Counted from the whole stretch's first letter, positions 49,780-62,499 are shown. The stretch is 63,577 nt of DNA, filler included, from Rhabdomonas costata (GCA_019059605.1; 54 parts of 54 records of this genome joined end to end with filler, not necessarily neighbours in it), one strand, 5' to 3'. Program-made: numbers and translations. The notes: generated by a model from the sequence alone, not told the origin.

Positions 49780-50502
49780 CAGCCCGTAGATCTCCCCGTC
49801 GCGGTAGCCCGAGAAGTGCTGCACGCTGCACGGCGTGCCGACCTGTACATACTCCACGCAGCCCCGGCAGCTGGGGTAGGCCCGGAACAGTCCTTGCTCC
49901 AGCATAGCCTCTGCGAAGCGGTCCTTCAGGGCGGTGTAGTCCTCCCCGCGGTGCCCCTGGGGCAGCCTTTCCCACTGCCGAAACCTGCAGAGCCCAATTG
50001 AAGCGATGCATTGCGTCGGTGCAGGTCCCCGGCATTGAATACAGAGGTCCAACGTGCGAGCACTAGGGGCACATCAGGATACACACATCAGGATACTGGG
50101 CCAAACTGGCTCTGGCGACCAGCTGCCCGGGTCGACTCCGTGTGTGTAGGTCCGCCACGGCCAGGTGAATGAGGTTCACCTCACATCGACAAAACGCGCG
50201 CTGGAAAGTGATCAGATCAGTGATCCGACTTTACTGTGGCTCACACGACGCGCGCGATGCATGCCCTGCACAAAGGCACAGCCATTCATCCTGTGTCGTG
50301 ACTGATGTAAAAGAAATAAAGAGTGGGTGCAAATAAGAGGAGAGGGAAGGGCTGCGAGCATGCCACTCCATCTTCGCCAGGGTAACCAGGACCACTGTGC
50401 TCCGGTCGGGATGGCGCTCCGGCCATTGTGGGTCCTTCGCACTTCCCGAAGAAATGAACACGGCCGGGGGGTTGTTGAGGGGGTCCGTATCTCCAAAGAC
50501 CA
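49780..50502 (-). CDS. All-trans-retinol 13,14-reductase-like (CrtI/phytoene desaturase family) FAD oxidoreductase; exons 50502-50364 and 49984-49780
   Basis: FISSGSAKDPQWPERHPDRST...MEW|FRQW...HRGEDYTALK...GTP.S..HF....GEIYGL are RETSAT-family motifs. Confidence 0.88.
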
Positions 50503-50979
50503 CTGCATATGGGCAAACCAAAGTGGAGGACAGGCATCACGATTCCCGTTGGATGCTAACGCAATTTGGTGGCACGGGCCGGGAAAAGGCCCCACTTTTG
50601 GCGACGTAAACCCANNNNNNNNNNNNNNNNNNNNNNNNNNNNNNNNNNNNNNNNNNNNTTAATTAATTAANNNNNNNNNNNNNNNNNNNNNNNNNNNNNN
50701 NNNNNNNNNNNNNNGGTGTTGGGTCCGTGGGGCGTTGGTGGGTCTGGGCGTAAGGTGAGTCGTAGTCTGGGGTTCTGTGCGATGTCAAGCTGAGTCTGTG
50801 GGTCATGGTTGTTGATGTTGGTTGCGTGTCAGAGGGTGTGTGGTGGGTCAGGCTGTTGGGGTTACGGTGTCAGTGGGTCTGTGTGTCGGATGGTGGTTGG
50901 TGTGAGGGTTTAGGGCTAATGTGGTGTTACGGGCTAATGTTGGTGTTGTGTGCTGGGCTAATGTTGGTGTCATGCGTAG

Positions 50980-51351
50980 TACTTGGACTTAGTGTGTGTT
51001 TATGCGCTTCTTGTGTGGTTGATGGGCTGATGTTGTGGGCTGAGGGTGTGGTTGGAGCGTAGTCTGGGGTTCTGTGCGATGTCAAGCTGAGTCATGCCTT
51101 GTGTGTTGGAGCTACGATGTTGGGTTCTTGCGTGTGGATTTCAGGGTGTGTGGGTTTTACGTCTTCAGGTGTCAGGATGTTGGATGTTGGATGCATGGCT
51201 GTACTACGGTGTGATGTTGGTGCTGTGAGGGTTTCTGGCTACGTGGGTTTCAGGGTTCGTGTTTTTGGAGGTCATGGTGGTTGGGGTGGTGAGGGCATGT
51301 GGTGAGTTGAGGCATGATGTTACGCCTTCTACCAGCGTTGAGAGAGTGTAG
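50980..51351 (+). CDS. Candidate mitochondrial-code (TGA=Trp) hydrophobic ORF, weakly nad3-like
   Basis: 123 codons, open only if TGA (51028, 51088, 51226) is read as Trp. Three hydrophobic segments and CGF-x6-RL-x2-S spacing. The conserved FDLE acidic residues are missing. Confidence 0.3.
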
Positions 51352-52419
51352 GGTAAAGATGACCTGAGGGGTTCTTTCTTCCTTCTACGCATGGCTCCCT
51401 CGCTACGCTCAGACCCATGCTTCGATACCTTCTACCATCTAAGCGTAAAGGCCCCGCAGGGACAGAGGCCTGATGTCAAGCTGAGTAAGAGAGTGTAAGG
51501 ATAGCCTAGGGGTATTTTGTGTTCTTTGCTGGTCGTCACTCCCTCCGGTCGTTTCTCCCTATGAGTGATGGTTCATGCCCTCCCCACCACTGACGGGTGG
51601 TACGGGCATTCACCTCTACCGGTATCTTCTTCCTGTGGCTACGCCCGGACGGAACGAACGGAGGCACCTTATGGTGGCGAAGTGAGTGAAGAGACACGTA
51701 TAGAAGAGAGGGTGGAGGGATGCGAGGGACCGAGAATGCTGACATGATACAGGATAAAGTCTTGATGTCGTCACTCGCATCCCACCACCCCCCNNNNNNN
51801 NNNNNNNNNNNNNNNNNNNNNNNNNNNNNNNNNNNNNTTAATTAATTAANNNNNNNNNNNNNNNNNNNNNNNNNNNNNNNNNNNNNNNNNNNNTGTTGTG
51901 GGTGGGTTAAAAATACAAAGTAAAAGTTGCAAGCAACAGCATTGGCAATCTGAGCAGATTGGTCAAAGCTGCACTGTTTTCAAAATATTTAAAACGGATA
52001 TACTACAAAATGCCCACTCCCATTTTTTCAGAAGAATAGCACACTTTTCTTTGCTTGTGCTGTGTTTGAATTCCATTCGGACATCTATCCTGTTGCTTCG
52101 CTTAGTTTTTATTCAACTGTTTGGGGTCCCTTACCTTTTACAAATTCTGCATAGTCTTTTCTGCAAAAGGATGCTAAATACTGCAAAGAATACTTCCGAG
52201 GTACAACGAAATAATCGAGCGTTTTGCTAAAAGCCCGGCACGGTACATAAAACAAACACCTTTTGTGGTACACCAACAAGCTCTGTGTTTTCTGTGCCTG
52301 CTTTTATGCTTTTAACCCGTGCCGCAGTAGTTGGTCTTCAAACCCGGCTCGCTGCTTGTGAGTGCTTCAATTACATTTACATGGAATGCGCATTGACTAG
52401 CGTGTGTGTGCATCCAAAG

Positions 52420-52516
52420 GTAACACAACCAAAGGATCGCAAATGCATCAATCCCCTGAGCCTGAAGAAGGCCGTGGCGGCGCAGCGCAAGGACTTCGAC
52501 AGCTACCGGCAACATG
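52420..52516 (+). CDS. Exon of a ubiquitin-specific protease (C19/USP)
   Basis: ccaaAG|GTA...CAT G|gtcact. INPLSLKKAVAAQRKDFDSYRQH(D) leads into the Q-x-DA-x-E box. Confidence 0.7.
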
Positions 52517-53464
52517 GTCACTTGCATTTTACTTTTTTTACCCGCAACGCCGCGTGGTTTTGTTCTGCCCTCATGGTGCCGGTGCCAATTGTCATTGCGG
52601 ATTCTCTCTGTTGGATTGGTTTTTAGAGCGGCGCTACTGCCTCAGCACAGCTTCGGAATTTTGATGATTCTGCTCCATCGCCTGTGAACAAACAAAACTG
52701 GGTTTGCCCGGGTATATCACCGCCCCTAGGAAGGATAAGCGCACCAGAGATCCGGGAGATGTCGCTCCGGCCGATGACTTGATCCAACAATCATTCTGAG
52801 GGATGGGGGTCAGGATCGAAACAGGGACCGCCTCCTTCCCATTCGACAGAGGCTGCCACAGCGACACGCCGCAGCTGTCTGAGGATCCTTGCGATCCTTA
52901 CAGCTATCTGCCAGAGAGCGTAAATGCGCACCGCCTTGATTTAAGGCCGTCAAAGACGGATAGACCAAAAANNNNNNNNNNNNNNNNNNNNNNNNNNNNN
53001 NNNNNNNNNNNNNNNTTAATTAATTAANNNNNNNNNNNNNNNNNNNNNNNNNNNNNNNNNNNNNNNNNNNNTGTGTGTTTGAAGAATTATTGTTCCGTTC
53101 GATTTGTTTTTAACATGCCCCGTGCCATACGAGGCAGCTCGTGTGCTACCTCTGGTGCCCCCTCCCCTCGGCCCCAAAGCCTTTGCTGTGAAACAGAAAA
53201 GAAGCAGAGAAAAGTTAGAGGAACGGATACGCGAATGAAAAGAGCCCGAAGTTGAGCTTAGGGGTGGTGTGTGTATGTGTGCAACGTTTCCAAATGTCAC
53301 AAGAATCGCCCAACGGCAGCAGTAGCAGAAGCGGCGGTCATTAGATCCAAAGCAGCGGCCACGCGGAGATAAAAAAGCCGGCCCGCACCGAGAAAAAACC
53401 TTCAAACAAACTCAAACCTTGTGTAACCAAGTTTGTGAATTGGGATGTGTTCGGGTCGAAGTAC

Positions 53465-53590
53465 CGCGGCAGTGGCGAGCAGAGACTGTAGGCGGACCAC
53501 CTCCTCCGCCGCACTCTTCGCCTTCGCACGCTCCTGTAGAACCTCCTCGTGGGCTGCGCACAGCTTCCGCTCCAGGTCCTGTTCTGCAGC
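53465..53590 (-). CDS. Coiled-coil protein exon
   Basis: cacAG|GCT...GCG|gtactt, 126 nt; AAEQDLERKLCAAHEEVLQERAKAKSAAEEVVRLQSLL. Confidence 0.55.
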
Positions 53591-54917
53591 CTGTGCGCCA
53601 AATTTTCGGGGGAGGGAGCGAGCGGACAGAGAGCGAGTGAGCGCTTTTATTATTCGGAACTGCCGCGGTGCAGCACACAGATCCCAATTCAGAGGAAGAA
53701 GCGGAGTAATCAAATTATCTCTGTTCACATGGCACAAAAAGCAATCTGACGGGACCAAAAACCGAAGGGAGAACCTTCAATCCACGCCACACCCAGCTAG
53801 TGTGGACGGAAATGGCCCGAACTGTGTGAAGTGTGGGGCTATCGGGCTATCGCAGCAACACATCCCCGCAGAAACCACGGAAACCTGCACGAACTTGAAG
53901 ATTATAGACAAAAACGGGCCAAAAGCAACATAGTGCATCCCCAAATGCAAATGTTTTCAGAAGTTCTCGAAAGTTTCCAACAAAACAATATTTTTAAAAT
54001 ACTTCCAATAAACTGAGTTTGTAATATGATGATTTCATTCCTTTCCTGGGAGGGGGCGGGGGTGTTTCCTGAGAAAGGCAGGACTCCTGGATCATTGACA
54101 GCCCGGCAGCAGTGAAAAGCTTCCAAAACGTTCCCAAAAGCCTTCTAAGNNNNNNNNNNNNNNNNNNNNNNNNNNNNNNNNNNNNNNNNNNNNTTAATTA
54201 ATTAANNNNNNNNNNNNNNNNNNNNNNNNNNNNNNNNNNNNNNNNNNNNGGGGGGGGGGGGGGGGGTTTGCTATCCACCCATCTATATGCAGCACAGCAC
54301 CGCAGCAGTGACCTTTTGCAAGAGTGTGGTCAGGTGTTCCCTGCCACCAAACCCGAGGTGCTCGGGAATCACAACCTCTGAAGAAGCACAGCACAGAAAA
54401 GGGATTTAGATACATTTTCCAAGGTCACTGACCTTCGAAGTAGCGTTTGCACCGTAACGTCAAAACGGCCCTCCGCTCGGACATTTTCGTTCCTTTTCTC
54501 GCACATCGAGGTGTGCAGTTTTGGCGAGCTCAAAAAGAAAAATATATGACCTGTTCAATACACACCAAAAAACCGGTTTCTCCCTGCGAAAAACTCCTGC
54601 AAACCACTTCCAGTGCTTTGGGACACTATGATAAGAGCTCGCACTGAGAAATTTCAACCCAAAAAACCTTCTATAATGTCCTAAACACACCAAAAGAACA
54701 ACAAAAAAGCGCAACAAATTCGCCAAAAAAATGTCCACCGCGATATTGTTGGGGTTGTGCACAAAAAAGGAAATCTTTGCTGGAGGAAAACAATCGGAAA
54801 AAAGCAAACTTTTCGACGAAATTGTGAAATGACGTTGTAAAGGTTTTCTCCGCACTTTCGTTGGGGCATGCACAGTTGGGGGAGGCGTCTAACGAGGGCA
54901 CGTGTCTCGCTTTCCTC

Positions 54918-55053
54918 ACCCCCTGCAAAGCCTCTATTGGAATCTCAGGGGGCGAGTATCTCGCGCGAGCGTCACAATTGGAGGAACGAGCCCACGCGAT
55001 GTCCGTTAGACGCGTGTTAGACGTGTAACACCGTTAGAGGCTTTGCAGGGGGT
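54918..55053. mobile_element. Candidate MITE with 19-bp perfect inverted repeats (ACCCCCTGCAAAGCCTCTA)
   Basis: Arms at 54918-54936 and 55035-55053, internal to the contig. GTTAGACG/CGTCTAAC motifs are repeated inside and beside it. Confidence 0.5.
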
Positions 55054-56950
55054 TATGAGGCGATGCAAGTACGGGGGGGGTCCTCTTAACCCCAGCAATA
55101 CGCCTGGGGTTAGGAGGCGTTAGACGGGTGTTAGACGTCTAACGCCGATAGAGGTCTAACCGCAGGCTTTGGTTGGGTCGCGCCGTAAGAAAAGAAAAGT
55201 GGAACAGGGCTGAGGTGATGGAGTGATGGCTGAGTGATGAGATGACTGCAGCGAAAGTAAGGGGTGCTACCTGGAAACTCAAACTCCTGCAAACCCAAAC
55301 AGTTCCAGTGCTTTGGAGCAAAAACAAANNNNNNNNNNNNNNNNNNNNNNNNNNNNNNNNNNNNNNNNNNNNTTAATTAATTAANNNNNNNNNNNNNNNN
55401 NNNNNNNNNNNNNNNNNNNNNNNNNNNNTGTGGTTTTTTCGCCAACCCTCAGAAAATGGCGTACTTTTTCCGGTTGCGACTGTGGGAGGTTACACGGAAA
55501 ATATGATAGAGAGCTGGGAGCATAGTGTACCTAAAAAAAAACATCAGGAGAACAAACCCACGAAGGTCAGCACACCATGTGCTTAGATAAGGAATTCCCC
55601 CCCCCCTTTGTGTCGTTTTAAATGATCGAAAGGCATTTACGGAGAATGAAGCGTGAAGTGAGCCGTTGGAAAGTTTCTGGGCAGTTTCCACCGGTACCAT
55701 TCACGGCATGTCATCCGAACCGCGCGCGTGCGAGACTCGTCCGTAATCTTACTCCTTCACGAAGACACCGGGGACACGGGGACATATTTTCGATAGAACC
55801 CTCCCCACCCCTACGCGACGGGCATGTGGCCCTGAATGAGATTCTAAACATTACTACATGTTATAATCTCGGTTGAAACATTTTACTACCTTTTTACACT
55901 CTTCCATCTTTGCATCGCTCAACATTCGCACACGTTACTCAGTATGACGGTTTTCTGGGTTCGAGCCTCCCATGGGAGTTCATGAAAAAAACTATCGTGC
56001 ACAATAGGGGTTCAGGGGTATTTTCGCCTTGCGCTCAGGAGACATAGTATAATATATGTACAGTAGTAATACAATAGGGCATGAGCCAAATGGAGGGCAT
56101 TGGAGGTTGTGGTGCAGCACAATGCGATCTCCCCCACCTCCACCCCCCCCCTTGCAATCCCAAGGGAATACATTGCCCTGCAAGCCCTCCACTTGATCTT
56201 GAACCCTTCAACGCTTCAGATATAGGGATATGTGCGTCGTTATCCAACCCCTCTCTCTTCTCTTGGAAATCCATGCTGGATTCGCATTATTTGTTACGTT
56301 CCGATGAACCACCTGGACGCAAACCTGAAGCACCTGCCTGCCACCTGCCACCAGAGACTGATTCCCACAGAAAGTTAGTTCCCAAAGGAGGTGAGAAGTG
56401 TGCACGGGGCTCGTGATCAATCCGCACCAGCTTGCAGCAGTCAGAACCCAAATCAATCAACTCCAGGGGCCGACATCTGAAAGCGGTAGTGAGTAAACCA
56501 AAAAAANNNNNNNNNNNNNNNNNNNNNNNNNNNNNNNNNNNNNNNNNNNNTTAATTAATTAANNNNNNNNNNNNNNNNNNNNNNNNNNNNNNNNNNNNNN
56601 NNNNNNGGTTGGGTGGCAATTCCCAGGCACCTCAGGTTCAGCCTTCAGCAGCACGAAGAAAGGTATTGCGAGCTTTTTTCACAGACTTCGTCCCGCATCA
56701 GAAAAAGTATAGTACAAGGTACACATACCCATTGCCACCACCACCACCGAACCAGCGACGAAAACAGCATGAACAGCACACCTGCGCCACTATAACACTA
56801 AAGAACCACACCCCAACCCCCATGTGCCCTCATCCTAAAAGTTGCAGAACCACCCCACCGCTCTCCCAAGGAAAAGAGCCCGTCCAAACAGAGAAACCCT
56901 CCTCCGTCTTAGCGTCTGCCCCGCGGGTGACACAGGGGCTGAAACCGAAC

Positions 56951-57118
56951 CAGCTGAGTTGCTCCGGAGCGGAGGTGAGAGAACAGCTCCTGAGCACCGG
57001 TGAAGGTCAGCAGAACCAGGCTGGCGGCCGTCACTGCGGCGAGCAGGAAGACCAGGCTGGCGGTCTGGTTGCGGCGGCGGGCCAGGTTGAAGATCGCTTT
57101 CTGCCCGACGTAGGAGGC
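56951..57118 (-). CDS. Exon of a TauE/SafE-family membrane transporter, last transmembrane helices
   Basis: ggcAG|GCC...CTG|gttcgg; ASYVGQKAIFNLARRRNQTASLVFLLAAVTAASLVLLTFTG. Confidence 0.55.
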
Positions 57119-58962
57119 CTGCCAACACCCACGGAAGGGCATGTGGAAAACAAAACAAGGTAAGCTCCTCCCGGAAACTGAAAGATTAGGAAGTGAAACT
57201 CCGACCTTGTTCTCCGACACGGTACAAAAGCAAAGGTGAGACCGAGAATCTGAGTTCTGAAGTCTGTCAGGCGACAAAAACTCTCATTTAACGGTGGAGC
57301 CTACTATACATCTTTCCATTTTTTCCTTCCTTTTTCTGAATTCTGGAATCTGTTTCCCAGCTACCGACCACAATAAATATCACGGGGACAAACTGAGATT
57401 ACATCCAAGCTCCCCAAACTTCCAAGTTCTTCTCACCCATCTCATCCTCTTCTCACCCTTCTCATTCCATCACATCCTCCCATTGCCCTGAAATGACGAG
57501 TGCAAGCAACGCCACGGGTCTCTAAGGTGACGAGCTGGGAGATTATATGATTTATTTCCTCGCCGCCCAGTAAGCGCAGTTCAATTTCCAACAAGACCAT
57601 GTGGCTCCTCGCATTTCAATCTGTTACATCGAACCATCTCTAAATCCGTCCGATGTCAATGGGTGTCTCATCCAAAAAAAACACNNNNNNNNNNNNNNNN
57701 NNNNNNNNNNNNNNNNNNNNNNNNNNNNTTAATTAATTAANNNNNNNNNNNNNNNNNNNNNNNNNNNNNNNNNNNNNNNNNNNNCATTTTTCGATCATGT
57801 GAGCTCTGCCCCCGGAGTTCCAAGCTGCTTTTTGTGTTCATGTGCTTATTTTCCTGCCGTGGTATTTCTGATGGCTATCGGCCTTCGCCCTGTTGCTGCC
57901 GTGCTCCCCAATATGATTTTGTGCAGCTACTGGTTAAGGGTGTTCGCAGGGGGGGTTACGTGTCTGGTGGCTACACGCCACCCTGGTTGAATTTCGCGGT
58001 TGTGTTGTTGCTTACGCAGTGCTTTCCAAAGGGCCTCGGGTTTTTCGGGTTGGAAACCACCCAATTCGTGTTTAGTAAGGGTACGTTGGATTTATGCATC
58101 ATTGAGAGAGAGAGAGAGGATCTTGTTGTGAACGCGTGTTTGGGGGAAATCAGATATGAGGGAGCATTTCCCTGGCCTCATCAGTGCCCGATTCGTGAAG
58201 AAAGTGCAAGCGTTTCATTCACAGGAGTATGCCTATCTTATTTTACAGCATCCATTCAGAATGAAGGGCTGTTGGAGCACCAGGTTGCTCTGCTCAGAAT
58301 TGTAAATCAGCATAAAACGTCTGGTGCGGAGGTTGCTGGCTATACGTTAAGCACTGTAACATCTGGCCGCTGCATGGCGATTTTCAACTCGATCTCAGGC
58401 ATCGATGGCTGCGGTAGCCACCATTTCCACCGCCGGGCGGTCGCTCAGGGGTGGAAGTGCTCATTCAGGATGCTGTGTGGGTGTGGCATTGAGCAGTTTC
58501 GCCGATGACGAGACTGTTTTGCTTTGTTCAGGGAAGTCATGAGCTTCTGCGGGGTGGGGGGTGGGTTATTACTCAGACTCATTGAGATCGTATTCCGGCA
58601 AATCCCCACAAGTATTGGACATGCTCTCTTAAAAAGGCAGCCTGCGGAGACCCCTTCGTGCCCTGTTGCAGCAGGTTTGCTTTGGTTGTGGTCCCGTTTT
58701 CCCTCTGCTTTCTCCTGTGGTGTACATTGACCTCCAATGCGGCTTGCTGTCGGCCACAAGAAGAAGAGGGACCCCAGACGGAGGAGGGGAGGGGAGGAGG
58801 AGCCGAAGCTATCGGCTCGCAAGCAGCTTCTCCTCCCCCCACCCCCCAAACACACCCACCACNNNNNNNNNNNNNNNNNNNNNNNNNNNNNNNNNNNNNN
58901 NNNNNNTTAATTAATTAANNNNNNNNNNNNNNNNNNNNNNNNNNNNNNNNNNNNNNNNNNNN

Positions 58963-59192
58963 GGAGTGGAGTGGAGTGGAGTGGAGTGGAGTGGAGTGGA
59001 GTGGTAGGGAGTGGAGTGGTAGGGAGTGGAGTGGTAGGGAAGGGAGTGGAGTGGAGTGGAGTGGAGTGGAGTGGTAGGAAGTGGAGTGGTAGGGAGTGGA
59101 GTGGAGACGGAGAGGGAGACGGAGAGGGAGACGGAGAGGGAGACGAGACGAGACGAGACGAGACGAGAGGAGACGAGACGAGACGAGACGAG
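58963..59192 (+). repeat. Compound purine-rich microsatellite (GGAGT)n, (GGAGAGGGAGAC)n, (GAGAC)n
   Basis: Direct reading. Confidence 0.95.
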
Positions 59193-60552
59193 AGGAGAAC
59201 CTATTCCCCCCCCCCCAAGCGTCGGCTTCTAAGATGAGGTTCTGATTTGCGTTTGGTTCGAATATAAGGAATTGAGAGGAAATCAAACTTTGCATTACTC
59301 CGCGGATCCACTCAAGGGGCAACAACCTGAGGAGGGGGTGGCGCACGGTGGCCTCAGAGTGTGCACCCTGGGGGGCAGGCACACGGTGGGGGTGAAAGCC
59401 GGCGGGGACCGCCGCGATGCCGCGGTGCACGACGAGGAGGAGGACAGCCTCCGCAGCGCATCCTCCGCGGTCCCTTCTGAGACCCTGCCCCCTGTGGTGC
59501 CCAGCTCCGGGCTGGCCCCCCCGGAACGACCCGGGAACTCCAGCAGCACCACAGAGCCTGTGAGGTTGCGAGGTGTGGGGTTGCCTGAAAAACCGATACT
59601 CTAACCAATTCTAAGCAATGCCATGCAATGCTGTGGCATGAACCAAAGCGTGCGAACCGTGAAGAGGGCGTGTGGGTGGAACAAAACCACAACTTCGAAG
59701 CAAAAGAATGTCCCAGTTTTCCAAAAAAAAAAGTGTTCAGGTATCCGCCAGCCAGGGAGCGAAGAATAACAAAGAAAAAAAGGCACGAAAGCACAAATCA
59801 CCCAATTTGACAAATAGCACCAAAAACTGTGGGTCAAAGCTAGATCGCACTGGAAACTTGGGCAAAGACGACAAGGGGAAGAGGAGGGATGTTACCGGGC
59901 GGGTGGAATCCCTCCGGAAAGCCAGTGTTTTTCTGGGGTGCGCGGCTTTGCTTGGGTCAGGTGAATGGGCAGTTACATCCGCAGCGATGAATTGAGGATC
60001 GAGGCGCCCAAGAGCGCGGGGGGAAGAGCTTCACGCGGGGGGGNNNNNNNNNNNNNNNNNNNNNNNNNNNNNNNNNNNNNNNNNNNNTTAATTAATTAAN
60101 NNNNNNNNNNNNNNNNNNNNNNNNNNNNNNNNNNNNNNNNNNNTGTGGTGTGTGTGCTGAAAGGAGGAGCTCTCATTCCAAGCCTTTTTCAGATTTTTCA
60201 GCTCAAAAATTGAATGAAATTAGTAATCCAGGGGGACTGAAACTTCCAGAGGACAAAGGTTTATAAGGTTTTGACTCGAAAATCCCTACGAAGAAAATGA
60301 TTCAAAATACTGCTTTATAAGCCAGCAAGAAGCATTGTCGATACTGTTCACCGTTCACAATTCAAGTTTGCGCGACAAGGCAGCCAAAAAGCCGTCAGTT
60401 GCAAGAAAAAAATGTGTGCAAATTTCTGACTAAACAATTGTTTGCATTTTAAGCCAGGTTGTGCTGAACTGTGTCCCAGCCCTGCCCCTGACAAGTTTCC
60501 CGTTGCTGCATTTTTGTGCTTCTTGTTAGCGATTTTTGTTTGCCGTTTCTAG

Positions 60553-60826
60553 GTGATCCCATGCGCACGCTCCGGTGTCTTGGGGTGAAGTGCATTCTTC
60601 ATAAAGATCCTGTTCAACATGGTCAGGTCGAAAGTGAAGCCTCACTCATTCTTTGGCCACCCGATCCTGCGGTCACCATTGACCGCTTCGACGTTCGTAC
60701 GAACTTGAGTTTTTACAAGGAAACCTCTTGTTCTCCGATTCCCTCAAGAACTCCTTTCGGCGGAGGCGAGGCGCTTTCCACTGCATCTCCTACAGAACGA
60801 GAAGAGCTGGAGTGCAATTTTCTGAG
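60553..60826 (+). CDS. CLASRP: Exon of CLASRP/SFRS16-like splicing regulator, DRY_EERY (SWAP N-terminal) domain
   Basis: ttctAG|GT GAT...CTG AG|gtgttg; DP...L...G..C..H.D...W..D....IDRFDVR..L...EE..CNF.R. Confidence 0.8.
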
Positions 60827-61495
60827 GTGTTGTGTCCATGTTTTCTGTACTGCTTTCTGTATCGTCCAGTTTCGACGTTGCAGGCGAGTCTGTGCAAGGG
60901 GTGTCGGAGACCCGTGTCTGGCTTAGTCCTTCCTGGTATGCGCCAGCTAACGAACTAATCCATTGCCATTATATTCGAAATTCTCTGTCGGTTTTAGGTC
61001 GATGATGAATCCCAGCTCCCAGTTAAGAATTCAATGCAGCCTTTGACTTTTTCTTCACGAAAGCCGGAGCTGTTTCGAACCGGCATGAGCTTTGCGGTAC
61101 AAAGGTTACGGGAACTACTACCATTCGAGTACTTCGAAAATTCCACTTAGCATTTCCATTCAAGCTGTCAAACGTTTGATCGGACCTGGTATATATGTTG
61201 CAGCCCTCACCAAAACCCCACNNNNNNNNNNNNNNNNNNNNNNNNNNNNNNNNNNNNNNNNNNNNTTAATTAATTAANNNNNNNNNNNNNNNNNNNNNNN
61301 NNNNNNNNNNNNNNNNNNNNNGGTGTTGTGGAGGGCAAGTTTGGTGGAGGAGGGGGGATTGCCTTAATGACCTCTCGCAGGTCTTCTTTTCTCCTTTTGG
61401 GAGTGACCCCATGGCTTTCTGGTGTTTCTGTAGCCTTTGGCTGGCTGGTACTCTGTTTTCTTTTGGGGGCGTTTTTTTGTGTGCACACGGATCAG

Positions 61496-61609
61496 AGCCC
61501 CCAGCGGCGTTGCCTCTCACCCGGCACGCCAGCCTCTGCACAAAGCTGCCCCCGGGGATTGCCAAGGCCAAGCCGGCGGACCTTTTCGCCCGCTGCCTGG
61601 AGTTCTACC
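61496..61609 (+). CDS. Hypothetical protein exon
   Basis: atcAG|AG CCC...TAC C|gtgcgt, GC3-rich, phases consistent. Confidence 0.45.
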
Positions 61610-62499
61610 GTGCGTAGCTTCCTCTCTCTCTCCCCCTCCCTCCCTCTGCTTGATGAAGTCACTGTATCGGGGTGAGGTCTTTCAAGCCCTTTCCTTTTCA
61701 AGCCCAAGTTTGCTGAGCTTTGCGATGGTTCATTCATTCATTGCCTGTTGTGGCAACTTCTAGTGTTTGCCCTAGCGCTTGAATATGGTTCGAGCACACG
61801 CGTCTGTGCCTCAGTTTTAAGCATGCCTCGTGCAGATAGTATCAATGCTCTTCTTTCTTCTTTCAGTGAAGGGCTCCAAAGTGGAGGTGGAAAAGCGGTG
61901 GGCGGCCCTCTTTGCCCATCACCAGCGCGTGAACACCGTAATGACCGCGTTCTACGTGGTGCGTTGGCACTGAGATTGGGTTTGGGCCTGCTCGTAGCCC
62001 GTGCTCTTTGATTGCACAAGCTTTTCGTTTTCAAGGACAAAAAAGCCTTCTTCGCCACTGGTTGCCGCTTCATTTTCACCCTTTCATCTTCTGCCGACTT
62101 CATTTAGACCTTTCGTTGTGGCATTGCCTTTTCACGGAAGAGCTGTGAACCGCGGTGTTGTTGTGCTGCCCCGTTGTTCAAGGGTGGTTCCGGCGCATGA
62201 AACGGAGGATTCGGCTTTGATCCAAAGATTGTCGACTCGGAACTTCGTGGGGATTTTTCGCAAGCCGAGGGACGGGAGACAGCATCAAAGGAAAGGGGCA
62301 TCTCAACGACAGCAAGGGACAACAAACGCAATGTCCAGAAGGATGTCTGCGCACAAGGTTACTGACCAAACAAATAAGACCAGGAAAGAAGCCACCACAN
62401 NNNNNNNNNNNNNNNNNNNNNNNNNNNNNNNNNNNNNNNNNNNTTAATTAATTAANNNNNNNNNNNNNNNNNNNNNNNNNNNNNNNNNNNNNNNNNNNN

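Noticed and set aside
51472..51491. Reverse complement CTCTTACTCAGCTTGACATC resembles the SSU rRNA ACCTTACC...CTTGACAT region
   Set aside because: Only about 20 nt with no flanking rRNA helices. The same core lies inside the ORF-derived repeat, so no rRNA is called.
55940..55980. GGTTCGAGCC T-loop/B-box-like motif
   Set aside because: No D-arm, anticodon arm or acceptor stem can be folded, so it is not a tRNA.
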